From: the human T2T-CHM13v2.0 reference genome, Homo sapiens
Assembly: GCF_009914755.1 (NCBI RefSeq)
Contig: NC_060925.1
Length of the DNA stretch: 64,000 bases
Direction: 5' to 3' (one strand)
Below the pieces are notes generated by a model that was not told the DNA's origin, ran no database searches, and saw nothing but the letters and a program-made list of their open reading frames with translations. The translations under genes were made by a program, and so were the position numbers. Below are positions 44,170 to 57,886 of this stretch, in pieces; positions within the stretch are counted from its first letter, which is position 1; each line of letters begins with the position of its first letter.

Positions 44170-46070
44170 ATCTCCAGGAAACATTTCAGAAATTGGTCAT
44201 AATTTTTCAGTTGAGACTAAGTTTGGGAGGTTTCTAGCATTTAATGAGAAGAGACCAGGGATGCTAGATGCCTTACGAAGTTCAGGGAAGAACCAAACTA
44301 GAAAAAATTGTTCCACACCTTCATATTAAAATATATATATATTTAAAACACTTTTAACTGGTACAATTACCTGAAGCTTGACCCTAATTCCTTTATAATT
44401 AAATTAAGTAATCTACTTAATAGTTTGTATATATATTAATTTTCCAAAAATGCAGCTACTGTATGAATGAAGAGAAGACTGTACATTGTTACCTTACAAA
44501 GATTTGCTCAACATTTTGGAAAATTATGCCACCAAGAGAAACTCAGGTCATAGGATTTTTGTTTCTAATACAAGATACTTGTAATTGTTTATACTAGTAG
44601 TTGTTCCATTCATGATGATTGAACATATGTATGCATATATATCTTTAGATCTTGTTTCAAAATATCAAATATAAGATAATAGCAACAAGATTCAGCTGAC
44701 AATTTGAAATTGGATTATATAGCTTTGCCCTTAAAAGAGAAGTTATGGAAATGCCTTCTCTCCCGATGTGTTTTTTCTAATGAAGTAACAAAGTCATGAA
44801 GATTAAAGAAACATTTTACAAAGAAACATCATAATAAAGTTGTCAAAAGTGTGTCACATTTCCAAGGGATCTTGTCCCTGGAATACTCACAAATAGTCTT
44901 TTAATCAAAAAAAGGATGAATCTTAGCAATAGAAATGATTGCTAAATTGTGGTAAGCTACACAATATTGGAGAAAAGCTAACTTTACTAGCTATGCAAGA
45001 ATTTAGTAAAATCATCATGGAAAAAATGCAAATAATTTTTTTTTTACTGTTCTTTTGAGCAGTGTTACTGTGTCCAGAAGAATTTATGGCAGTGTTGAAA
45101 AATTAGCCATGTAATGAACTGCAACAAGTAAGTTTTTATGTCAAGTATATGAAAGCATCTTGTATGACAATGAAGATTTACTGCTCATATACAAAGATCT
45201 GCAAGGAAAAAAAGAGTAGTAGATAAACTAGTATTTTCAAAAGAACTGATCAAGTACAAAAAAAGTATGTCAGTAGTTAGAATTGTTAAAAAATGTTAAA
45301 CAGAAAAATAATTTCCTTTCCAGTCATTGACTGTACCATAGAAAATGGGACCAGCTATGATTTGCCAATAAGGCTTTGTAAACAAATTAAAATACCACCA
45401 TGTTTTAGCAGTTCCTTCTATTTTTCATCAATGACTAGTAGGTAAGAATCTTGGTGAAACATTTCAGAAATCAATATATTGTTTAGTCTTAATAAAATTA
45501 AGACATCTATGAATTATTATTTAGAAACCTATGAATTGACAAAAATATTAAAAATTTTATCCAACATAATAAGTAATCTTATAAGTAAGATAGCTCTTCA
45601 AAGGCAACTGCTTATCAATTTTATGCTTACTATTTGACAGTGTTGTAGAATTATTGCATCATTGATAAATTAGTGACAAATACAATACCAAAATTAAAAT
45701 GTTGAAAAATGTTGAATTTATTTTTTAGAGATAGTTGTAAAGTTAAATGAGGTAATTTTGAGATGCAAGGAAATGAAATCAATCACATCAATGTGAAAGA
45801 AATATTTATGGGAATTATCAAGAAACAGATTTCTTTAAAATAATCTTTGTCACTGAACATTTTCATTATTCTTCTTTCCACCTACCGAATGAAGTTAAGT
45901 GTAATACTATTTGGAAATATATTACTCTCATATGGATGCTACCAAAAGATGAAATGTAACTATCTGAATGAATAAGTGATTAATGCATGATCTATTCATT
46001 TGAAATGGAAAAAGGGCATGTCAGCCAACACTTACAGAGTTCCCTGAGGGAGGAAGAAAGGACAGGGGCC
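44170..46070 (+). mobile_element. Charlie-type hAT transposon fossil with degenerate transposase
   Basis: From about 44752 translates CLLSRCVFSNEVTKS*RLKKHFTKKH (BED-finger-like); about 44950 gives CGKLHNIGEKLTLLAMQE; both resemble Buster/Charlie transposases; many stops and frameshifts. Confidence 0.7.
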
Positions 46071-46179
46071 CAAGAATTTAATCATTCTAATCACAAAGTT
46101 AACCCACTCCTTTTCTTGTTTGTTTGATTTTTTCAATTTTAATATAATGTTTAATGAATAATATGTTTAATGAAAATAG

Positions 46180-49100
46180 TTTTAACATCATTTAACATTT
46201 ATTCAATCTTTCTCTTAATCTGTTTAAAGGACTGATGTCTACATTGCCAGGGCATATAGCTATTACATATTATAATCCCTTCTTTTTAACCCTCATTTGG
46301 TTCTAATTCTATAAGTAACTATATATTTACTGCTCACCACCAGTACTTATCATGATTATCACCAGTAATTTTGGTTATGTGATGCTCATTCTTTAATACT
46401 TTCCTTCAAGTGTTCATGGGATGGAGATATCTGAAGTTCTTGCCTGTTCGTAACAGTTGGCTTCTCCTCTTTACAGTTAAAAGTCCCTTTTGTATCACAC
46501 CTTGATTATGTCTAAAAATTTCTCTAGAATACATCCTAGTATTGATCATCTGGCTTAATATTCTCAGGTGTGTGATATATTCTTTCAATATGCAGTTTCT
46601 ATTATTGTTGTTGCTGTTTTGGAAAAGTTCCTCCAATTATACTGTTGGGATTTGTCCTGTCTCTTGGCTTTTATTCGGTTCTTCAGGGACTCCTTCATTT
46701 GCTTTTTTTAAATTTGGCCTCTGTTCAATCTTTGTCACTTTCCCTTGAATCTTTTTCAAGTGTCTCATTGTTAGTGTTAAAATTTTAGATTATTCCATAA
46801 TCTTCATCTATTTTTCCATAAGGCATTATCTGTTGTGTGTATTCACTCATGTTTCTCCTGCAAACCCACTTCTTTAAAGAAAGAAGTTGAATTACTTATT
46901 AGAGCATTTTGAACCTCATATTCAGGGAGAATGAGTTTCAGTGCTACATCACAGTTAATACAAACTACAGTTGTTATAAATATATTGCAATGGTCACTGT
47001 AAAGAAGCCTTAAAACATACAACGAATATAAACAGTGTGAACAAATTCCAAAACAAATATTATCAAATTGGTGGAGTCACATGAAACAAATATACTTTTG
47101 TTTTAAGGATTATTTTTAAAGTCTTTCATGTTATTGCTATTCTATATATGTACAGAATATATGTATTGTAGCTTAATGATAGGAAATTTGTGCTGCAAAA
47201 AAAAATGCCTATTTATTTTGCTTGGGTTGTCCATTCTCTTCTAAATGTAGTATTTATTGAGTCAGTTGTTATCTTAGAAAGTTAGAATCATAGGTAGTTT
47301 ATGTTTTCATTTAAAACATTATATTTCATTTAAATGTGAATCTCAACTTATCACAGTCTGCCTTCAAATAACGTTATACTCACTTTACAAGTTAACACAA
47401 GAAGCTTACAGCAGGAATTTTTCATTTTCCCCTTGTTCTTTGTGATATTATTGCCATTTATTTTTCACTTCTATATATGTTACAAACGCCACACTACCTT
47501 GTTGTTTGCTTTATATAGTCACAAACATTTGGAGAAATTGAAAAACGAGAAGTCTTTACTATTTGCCTCGCATTTACCAATTCCAGTGTTCTACCATGTT
47601 GATTAAGTGTCTCAGTGGTATCCTTCACCTTCAGACAAAATAATATATGTTAACATTTCTTGTAATACTTAGTGAACAATTCCCTCAGCTTTTGATTGTG
47701 TGAAAATGTCTTTTCTCCATTTTTTAAGGATTGCTGATTGAGGATTCTTAATTAACAGAGGTTTGTTTTTCTTTCCTCTCCTGTCTTCTGGCTTGCTTGT
47801 TTCTGATAAAGTCAGTGCTAATTGTTACCTTTGTTCCTGGCACACAATGTGTCTTTTTTCCTCTGGCTGCTTTTGAGAATGTTTTCTCTTTCTCACTTAT
47901 TTTCAGGAATTTTATTACAATGTGCCTCTTTCTTTTAAAACAAAAATTCTAGGTTCAGGGGGCCATGTGCATGTTTGTTATATAGTTAAACTCATGTCAC
48001 AGGGGTTAGATTCTTTGTGTTTGTCCTACTTTGGGTATGTTGGGTTTCTTGGACCTGTGTGTTCATAGTTTTCATCACCAGGAAATTTTTCGAGCATTAC
48101 GTTTTCAAATTTTTTGTATTCTTCTCTTTTCCTAGGACCCCAATTTACACATTTCTTAGACCTCTTACATTATCACAGAGCTAAGTGAGAATCTGCTTTT
48201 TCTTTCCATCTTTTTCTTTCCATGCTTCAGTATGGAAAACTCCTATTGTTATGTATTAATGTTCATTGATCTTTTTTTCCTCCAGTATCTCTTCTGCTAT
48301 TAAGCCCATCCAGTGAATTTTTTTCTTTCAGATATTGTGCTTTTCATCTCTCATTTTTAATCTCTATTTTACATGTATATCTTTATTTAAATGCTTATTA
48401 ATTCCAACATTTCTACAATTTCTGAGTCTGTTTCTATTCATTATTTTTTCTCCAGATTATGAGTCATATTTTTCTGTTTCTTTGTGTCAAGCACATTTTG
48501 ATTGATGTGATTAGATTGCTGATTTTTTTTTTAATTTTGTTGTCTTTCTTTAGAGATCATTGAATTTTTGTTCCAGCATCAATTAAATTATTTGAGGATT
48601 AGCTTGATTCTTTTGAGTCTTGATATTAAGCTTTGTTAGGTCAAGCCTTGACTAACTATGTGGGGACTACTCCTAAGACATGGCTTTGCAAGGGTCTCTG
48701 CTGAATGTTCTGAGTTTAATGAGATGTTTCCACTGTGACTATACTAAATTCAAACCCTACCCACTTCTCAGCCCTGTGCATGCTGTAGTACAAGTTTGTC
48801 CAACCTGCTGCACACGGGCTGCCTGCAGCCCAACACCATAAACTTCTTTAAAACATTTATAAGATTGTTTTGTGATTTTTTTTTTTTTTGCTCATCGGCT
48901 ATTGTTAGTGTTAGTGTATTTTATGTGCGGCCCAAGACAATTCTTCTTCTTCCAGTGTGGCCCAGGGAAGCCAAAAGATTGGACACCCCTGCTCAAGCCA
49001 AAAGATGGGACACCGTTGCTCAGTTTCTTGTTCTTGGGTACTTGTTCTTTGCCCCATAGTTGTTTTTCTCTAGTCTCATGGAGTTACATCCTAGATTCAA

Positions 49101-49430
49101 AGGGACATTTGATGTAGATTTCTGGAACTTACTCTTCATCTCTCCTTTCTCTCTGGTTCTCTAATCTCTCTAGGCTCTGATCTCTGGCTGTCAGCTCAGC
49201 AAGATGGCTGTGCTTCATTTAGCTTCCTGCTTTCTGTGCCATGGTTCCAGGACATGCTTCCAAATTGTAAACCAGAGTAATCATTTGACACATCTTACTC
49301 GTCTTCCTTCTCTCAGGAATCACAGTCTTGTGTTGGCTATTGTCCAACACCTGAAAACATTTTTTTCATATATTTTGTACAGATATGCATTGTTTACCAC
49401 AGGAACTATTTCCTCAGTTGTGACCGGAAG
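46180..49430 (-). mobile_element. Old L1M fragments with nested insertions
   Basis: Antisense L1M motifs (TTCCCTCAGCTTTTG, CTGTCTTCTGGCTTGC, TAAGCCCATCCAGTGAATTTT); a short L1PA 3' piece at about 47925-48010. Confidence 0.65.
48791..48991 (-). mobile_element. MER30 hAT-Charlie element
   Basis: Reverse complement CAGGGGTGTCCAATCTTTTGGCTTCCCTGGGCCAC...GGTTGGACAAACTTG. Confidence 0.9.
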
Positions 49431-49999
49431 CAGAAGTGAGTTGCCTATGAATTTTAATTTTTTGCTTATACTGCCCCCAGAAGCATATCATAAAACAGTT
49501 TTCTACAGCCTCCTATTTGTATTACTTTTTTTTTCCTAATCCACTCTCTGCTCCCTACCACCTGCCAAAATATTTGGTCTTCAAAGTCTTAATAAATACC
49601 AGTAACTGAAAGTATTCCCCAACACGTGGCAGGATTTTAAAATAGAAGATATGTTTTCTGGGATACTCTGTCATTACTTTGCCTAGGTCATTCCATATGA
49701 ATTATTTTGACCCTCCACTTACAAGTAAGATACAGCTCATTTGTTGGACTAATTCCTCATTTTCTCCACTTCGTTGGTCTGCAATTTTTCTTGGCATGTT
49801 ATCCCAACTTCAATTAAAGTTACTTCTCTCCTTCCTTTATTACACACAAATGAATCTGGGTTGGTATAACCTATTCAAACACTACTTTTTATTTAGTGTC
49901 ACTCATAGCTATACTATTTCATTTTCCTGCTTTTCGTGTAGGGAACGATTTCTTACTTTCTTGTTGAAAAACCCAAACTTATTCATTGTGAAGTTGGGG

Positions 50000-50270
50000 C
50001 AATAATCTGACTACTTCACTATATTTTCTAAGTAGTCATGTCCAAGCACTTACATAATTAAATGCATGTTATTTTGTGATAAAATGTTTTTCTTGTATTT
50101 GTCCTTTTTGAGGGCAATAAATTTATGTGTAGATATTTTATTAATATTTTCAAAATTTTATATGTAGAAAGAGTATACTATTTGTTACTTCTCTTACAGT
50201 ATAGCAAAAGGGGCATTACAAAATATTGGCTAGAAGACAGCATTGAGTCTTATAGAGTTAAAACCCACTG
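50000..50270 (+). mobile_element. Charlie-type hAT terminal fragment
   Basis: Ends GGGGCATTACAAAATATT...GAGTTAAAACCCACTG, a Charlie-type terminal inverted repeat. Confidence 0.6.
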
Positions 50271-51377
50271 ATTTACTTAACAACTTATTAATTGCTTTCC
50301 ATGTCCAAAGCATTGTCCTATTGGAAATATAGAAGCAAAATGGATGTTGTCTATGGCCCTGATGAGTTCACAATTTAATAGGAGAGATATCCTGGAGCTT
50401 CGTGAGTATAGGTCACTTACAATATTTCTTCTTCCTAGGACAGCCATTGACACAGAGAGGCTGGTTAATAAATGCACATTGAATTAATGAAAGTCAATTT
50501 TCAAATAGCTTAATAAAGGGCAATAAGTAAAAAGTGAACCAATAGTGGTACAAGTGGAATACCATAGGAGTTTAGAAAAGAAAAATATCAGATCTGATGT
50601 GACCAAAACAGGACTCTTGGAGGAAAGGGCTTTTCATTTAAACCATGATGCATAAACCAGATTGACATAGAGGCAGAGGCCAGGGGTTCCAAAGTGAAGG
50701 ACAACCCAAAACTCACAAATGAAAGATTACACAATATGTTGGAAGAATAAGTAGCAACCAAGTTTGTCTGAACCTTAGTAATCAAGTTCAAGTAAAGGAG
50801 TCACAAGGCTTGAAAGTTAGTGCCAGCCAGATTGCAGAAGAAACTACACCACGGACAGCAGAAACCAAGGTTCATTTCTGACACAATAACAATAATGCCT
50901 TAGGAAGATTAATCTAGCTGTGTTATGTAGGAAAACTATGATGTCAAGGAACAGGGCTTAACCTAGGGGATATTCTTATATCAAATGCCCCACCAAATAT
51001 GTAAACCACAAAGAATCTCCTTTTTGAAACTAGTAAACCTCAGGATGACATTATTATTTTTAATATCCTGTACCTGCAAGGAGATGAAGAGAAATGAGAT
51101 AATATTTATGTCATATATGTGTTTATGGAAAAAAGATACAGCGTTTGAAATAAAGAATAATGTAATGGGATAATAAAGGCTCATTCTAGTAACTTGAACA
51201 TTTTCTTCCTCTTCATTCTCCATTATAGACACGTTTAATATCACCCTGGTCATAAGGTGCGGGCAGCTAGGCAAAGTCATGGTAGAGTAAGTTTCAAAAA
51301 GTCTGTCCTCAAAGAATTTCTTATATAAGAGAGAACAGACTCAGATACGTTGACTTTTGTTATTAATTTAAGAAACG

Positions 51378-51707
<330 letters not shown>

Positions 51708-52979
51708 TCAGCACAAGAAGAATGTAACTGGATGCAGTTTACTCTTTTATATTCTCCTGGATACTTTAAATTTCTTCTAAGTAGCAGAGACTTGAGAGTT
51801 ATTCCTCTGTTTTAGATAATTAATCTCAGGTACCCGTAGAGAAACAGACTTTAAACTATAGAAGCATCTTATGCATACCTCCCTAAAAGCCTTGTTCAGT
51901 TAATCTCTTAAGGTTTGCCTTTACGACAACAGCTAATTCCATTTTACTTATTCTAAAGCCCAGGCAGTGAGATGAAGTCCCCCTCTGCAGACCCAAGCCA
52001 AAAGGACACACTGAGTCTGGAGAGCGAATTAAAATTTTCACTGGTCAGAAGACATGGAGAGCTTGGTAATCTTGTGGCATAACATTAGATTCTCAGCTCA
52101 CACCACAGAAGTCCATTATAGGCCTCAGAAATCCCCGGGTTACTTCTGCCCCCACTTCCTATGAAAATAATTACTAGTTCATGCCCAAAGATTAAAACAG
52201 CCACAGCATGAAACAACTTCAGTGTTCCTCTTAGCCTACTTATTTGCTTAAGCCTCCTTCCAGAATATCCCATCAGTCAGAATTCCAGGCAGTGCTTAAA
52301 ATGTGCGAAGTTGCTAAGCTTTCATCTCTGACTATTTTGACTAGGTCCCAGTCTCTTCCTCTAAGTGGGGTGTGATTTTTATTTTCATTCTTTCTCATAT
52401 AAATCATACCTCTCTTCCATTTAGTGTCTCCTGTTTTAGCTATGGTAACCAGGCATAAGATCGCTTCCAAACCGAGTAGAAAAAAAAAAAGAAAAAGAAA
52501 GAAAGAAAAGAAACCGATTAAGGGTTTTTTCTTAATCTGAAAATGAACAAATAAAAACTTCGAACATTGAGTGGGCAAGAGAAGTAAACAGCATTCATGT
52601 GAATGGATGGGGCAATTCAAATTCACTTTGGCAATTGACATGAACAATAATGGCAATTAATTCTAATAAACCTCAATGTAATGAATCTTTGGTTTTGAAC
52701 TAATTGAACTGTGATAAATTGGAATTATGCTAGTAGTAAAAGAATAATAGCATAAAAAACATAGAACTAGTATGATTTCATGTCACTTTTGAAAGAAATA
52801 GTAAATAAAATTGAGTTGATTTATGGGTGTCAAATCAAGGCAGGACAGTATAGCATCTAAAAGTTTGAATTGTTGTGAATTTGTAAAGTAGAACCTCAGT
52901 AAAACATAACAGAGTTCATAAATTAAGACCGTTAGCATGACTTCATACTATAAAATCATAAATATTAAAAATCTAATCT

Positions 52980-53180
52980 TTATTGAATGCTTACTATGTG
53001 CCAAATGACTGCTTTCTATGCTTTTTTCTCATTTACTTCTTCTATTTTTTATTACATAATCCTGTCCATTTTACAAATACAGAAACTGAACTTTAGGAAG
53101 AGAAAATAGCTTACATAAGTGAACTAGTGGGTGGTGGGGCTAGTGATCAAAACTTAAACCCTTGTTCTTAAACACTGGGC
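52980..53180 (-). mobile_element. MIR fragment
   Basis: TATTGAATGCTTACTATGTGCCA...CCATTTTACAAATACAGAAACTGA. Confidence 0.7.
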
Positions 53181-53849
53181 TATTTATTTTGCTTACCCTT
53201 TATACACAATGGTTAGATGAGATATGAGTTCCAATCACATCTCCCAAGTGTTTTAGTAGACTCCTGCCGAATTTGTTATTATCTATTCAATAGTTAAGAC
53301 TACATTTGGTTTTCAAGCAGCATTAAATACAACTTAAACAACGTTTCAAAAAATTGAGGAAGGTTCATTGTATGATTTCACATGAAGTTGGGGGTACCTG
53401 GTTACTGAAGTGAGTTAAGGAGCTCAACAGTGTTGTCAAGGACCCATGCTCCTCTGTCCATTCACCACTCTTTTCTTATGGTTAAAATGGTAAAATTTAT
53501 TTTATGCATATATATATCACAATTAAAAAATGAAATTTAAAAAATCCTAATATATAGACTTTTGTGTCCTTAGGATATTAGATGCTAAATTTTTTATTCT
53601 AACAGAAGTATGTCAAAAGGGAGGGCCCCAAAGAAATTCTCCAAGTCCCATTAAGTTCACATATATCTCAGGGTAATTTTCAGAGTGCCGCAAACATTAC
53701 CTGCCGGCTTTATTTCTCTTGAGGCTGAGGTAACCTATTTCTGTGAGGACCCACTAATATAGACGAGTTAATGGAAATTACATTCCAAGATTGGAACATG
53801 TCAAGAAAGAGGCAGACGGAATAAAGTTAGTAAACCATTCACCATTCTT

Positions 53850-54160
53850 AACACCGAAGAGTGCCATCTCAGTACAAGATGGAACAGAGGGCCAGGCATC
53901 AGGCCGGTGTTCAAGTCAGAAATGAAGGTGGAAGCCTGGAGCTAGGGACATCTATCCCTTTTATCAGGAAATTGAAGGCTTTCTCAGAAGTCTCAGCAGA
54001 TTCCTCTTATATTCTATCGCCCAGATCTGTGTCACGTGGCTATACGTAGCTTCAAGGAATGCTGCAAAGGCAAGCAATAATTTTGGCAGGTCTAAAAGTG
54101 CAAATGGGCAAAGGAGAAGAGGACCAGGCATGGGCACAGGACTAGCCACCCAACAGTATT
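53850..54160 (-). mobile_element. Old MLT1-type LTR remnant
   Basis: TTCTCAGAAGTCTCAGCAGATTCCTCTTATATT...GTCACGTGGCTATACGTAGCTTCAAGG. Confidence 0.5.
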
Positions 54161-54186
54161 TGTGGAAAGTAAATATTCAAAGATGG

Positions 54187-54561
54187 TGTCTTCATCTGTT
54201 CAGGCTGCTGTAACAAAAATAACATAAACTGAGCTGCTTAAACAAATAAAAAATTATTTCTTACAGTTCTAGAGACTGGGAAGTCTAAGATCAAAGTGCC
54301 TCCCATTTGGTTCCAGGTGAGGGTTTGTTTTTTGGTTTGCAGACAGATGCCTCCTTGCCGTGTCCTCCCATGACAGAGAAAGCAAGATCTCATATCTCTT
54401 CCTTTTTGATAAAAGCATTAGTCCCATCATACGCGCCCCACCCTCATGACTTTATCTAACCTTAATTACCTCCCAAAGGCCCCACCTCCAAATACTATCC
54501 CATTGAGGGATAGGGTTCCAACATATGAATTTGAGGGGGATATCACATTCAATCCATGGCA
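54187..54561 (-). mobile_element. MLT1A/MLT1A0 MaLR solo LTR
   Basis: TGTCTTCATCTGTTCAGGCTGCTGTAACAAAA...ACATTCAATCCATGGCA; TSD GATGG/GAAGG. Confidence 0.85.
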
Positions 54562-55619
54562 GAAGGGATTATTTGATCAATATAGTATAAATTTCATTAA
54601 CTGGTGTTAGAATTCTTCTAAAGCATATTTTTTTCAGAGATGGGGTCTTGTGGAAAGCAAAGAAACAGTTTTTATCTTGATAACAGTTGCTGAAAAATGC
54701 CTATATGCAGGTAGTGTCTGGACCATACTGACAGTTAAGCATGTGTAGTTCATACCCAGGTCTCTTAAGAAGTATGGAGAGTGGATGCGGAAATAATTCA
54801 GATTAATCTGCACATGAATATAAGATAGTATATGATGCATACTATGAAAAAGCAAGTAAAATGCAGCAACTTTAGTGGAAGGAGAAATGATTTTTTACTG
54901 GGAAAAAGTTTTGCTACAAAAAAAGCACGTGCCTATTTTGTAGACAGAAAAGACTATCCTCAGAGAAATGACTCTCTAATGATAGAGTTTCAGATACTAC
55001 AACAACTATGTAAAAGAGATAAAAATGCCAGCATAGTATAAACATCAAAAACTGCCAGAGGAGTAAGAGTCTGCCCTGACAGTGTTTCAGCTACACCCCA
55101 TTGTCAGAATGTGGATCGTACCATTCGAATTCCCATGTGTCCACATGAATGTGAGCATTCTTGATAATCTCTTATGTTTAGATACCACAATGGGGCACCC
55201 TCAGGGATTTTCCTCTCCCTTAATCATTTCATCAGTTTGAGATTCTAGTGTGGTTGGGGACCAAGAATTGTTTGGTATGTTAGAGAAGCACATAACATTT
55301 TAATTGTGCTTGGAGACAGCGAGACTGAATGAGGGAGAGTAATTAAGAAACATAAATAAACTAGGAACTCTGCTTTGCCTCACATCATATCATTATGGCT
55401 CAGAATGAACTGCTGAGCTTTACTATGAGTGAAAGAAGCAGCCAAGGCCACTGATTTTGGAACAAGAGTAAGGACTATATGGAATATGTAAGGTGAAGAA
55501 TAGAGGCAACTACAGTGTTATTGTAATTATTTTTTATTGTACATTTACTTCGTTTATCATAGAAAAACACACTAATTATGTGCGGGGTATATGGCATGTG
55601 CTCTGGCCTTAATCCATGA

Positions 55620-56150
<531 letters not shown>

Positions 56151-56497
56151 CATGTAAAATAATATTTCTGTAACCCAGAAAAAAGGCAATAGAACTCAGA
56201 TTTTGAAAAAATTTTGGCAGATTCCAGTTCTAGAGAGGATAATTATCTTGGACACAAGCAATTAAATGTAAACATGTATAATGTGAAATATTCAAATATA
56301 CATTGAAACTGTCCCTGAATTGGATGCATTTATTAGTGGATAAATGTATTATAATAATTTATTAATAGAGAATAAATTAATATACTTATTACTAAATGGA
56401 TGAGTTTATTAAGATACCTAACAATATATTAAACAAGCATATAAAGGCTTGTTTTCATAGCAGCATCATTAATGCTGCTAAATGTCCATCTCTGTGC

Positions 56498-56716
56498 AGA
56501 TATTGGCAAACCTTTTCTCTAAAGACCAGACAGTAACTATTTTCAGCTTAGCGGGTGATAGAGTCTCTGTCATAATTATTTAACTCTGCCTTTGTGGCAT
56601 GAACGCAGCCATAGACAATACATAAACAAATGGGTGTGGTTGTGCGCCAATACAATTTTATGTATAAAACAGGCAGAAGTGAAATTGGGCCATGGTCCAA
56701 GGTTTGCCAGCCCCGA
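56498..56716 (+). mobile_element. MER58A hAT-Charlie element
   Basis: TTGGCAAACCTTTTCTCTAAAG...GCAGCCATAGACAATACATAAACAAATGGGTGTGG...GTTTGCCAGCCCC. Confidence 0.88.
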
Positions 56717-57354
56717 TGTTAGATAGCTAAAGTGATCCCATTTTAGGGAGAAAGCTCTAAAAGAGTGCTAATATAGAAAGCAAGAAAAACAAATAGATAT
56801 ATTTAAAATTTAAGCAACACTTGAATCTCATTTTTATAAAGGGAGGGAGTCAACACGGTTTTCATTTTCACTTTCAGTAGTATTAACTAATGATTACAAG
56901 GAAAGAAACTTATGTTAAATTACAAAACTAATTTATAAGGCAAATTGTCTAAACTGTCAGATTATCTAAACATCAGAAGGCACGTCAGAGGCAATAATAG
57001 TACACAAAATAATGTTTAGAAGAACCAGAATAAAGCTCACCACCAGTCAATCTATACATATTTAATGACCGTGCAATATGTAAGTTCTATTGCAGAAATG
57101 CAAAGATAAAAAAGAAGGCAAAAGAAAAGAAACAAATATTAGAAAATTAAATTTAGTTTATGAGAGATTATCACGTGGTTATTAAAATTGTTTATTTCTA
57201 TGTAATAGCCTTCTCTCAATATAACAAAGAAGAAAATAGATCAATCTCCAGGAATTAAGATTTTTAACCATCTGAAATAATAAGATGGATGCATATAAAC
57301 TCTTGAAATTAGTTTCACCTCTACTACTCTAGTTTTGTGAAGCAGACACTAAAA

Positions 57355-57591
57355 TAAATATATATGTGTGTTTGCATGTGTGTGCATATACAGACATAAA
57401 CATTTATATGTATGTTACTTAATTGTTGTTCTCTGTATAGTATATGTAGTGTGTAAGTTATATGTGTGTGCATATATAAATACTGTGTCCAGATACTATA
57501 TATATACACGTACAGTGTTCATATATGTAGTGTTTATGTAGACATATATACCATGTGTGTTGTATATGTAGTATATATATACACATATGTA
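57355..57591. repeat. Degenerate (TA/TG)n tract
   Basis: Visible low-complexity sequence; hosts the MER2 insertion. Confidence 0.8.
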
Positions 57592-57886
57592 TAGTCATCC
57601 CTCAGAATCCACCTGGGATTGGTTCCAGGATCCCTATGAATAACAAAATCCACAGATGTTCAAGTCCCTTGTATAAAATGGCATACTACTTGTGTGTAAC
57701 ATACACACATCTTGCCGTATACTTTAAATCATCTCTAGAATTCTTATAATACCTAATGCAATGTAAATTCTATGTAAATAGTTAAACTATATTTTATTTG
57801 TATTACTTTTTATTGTTGTATTATTATCTTTTCCAAATATTTTTTATCTACAGTTGGTTGAATTCATGGATGTGGACAGCCAACTG
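57592..57886 (+). mobile_element. MER2 TcMar-Tigger element
   Basis: AGTCATCCCTCAG...GGATTGGTTCCAGGA...CAAGTCCCTTGTATAAAATGGC...GCCAACTG, flanked by TA. Confidence 0.9.
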
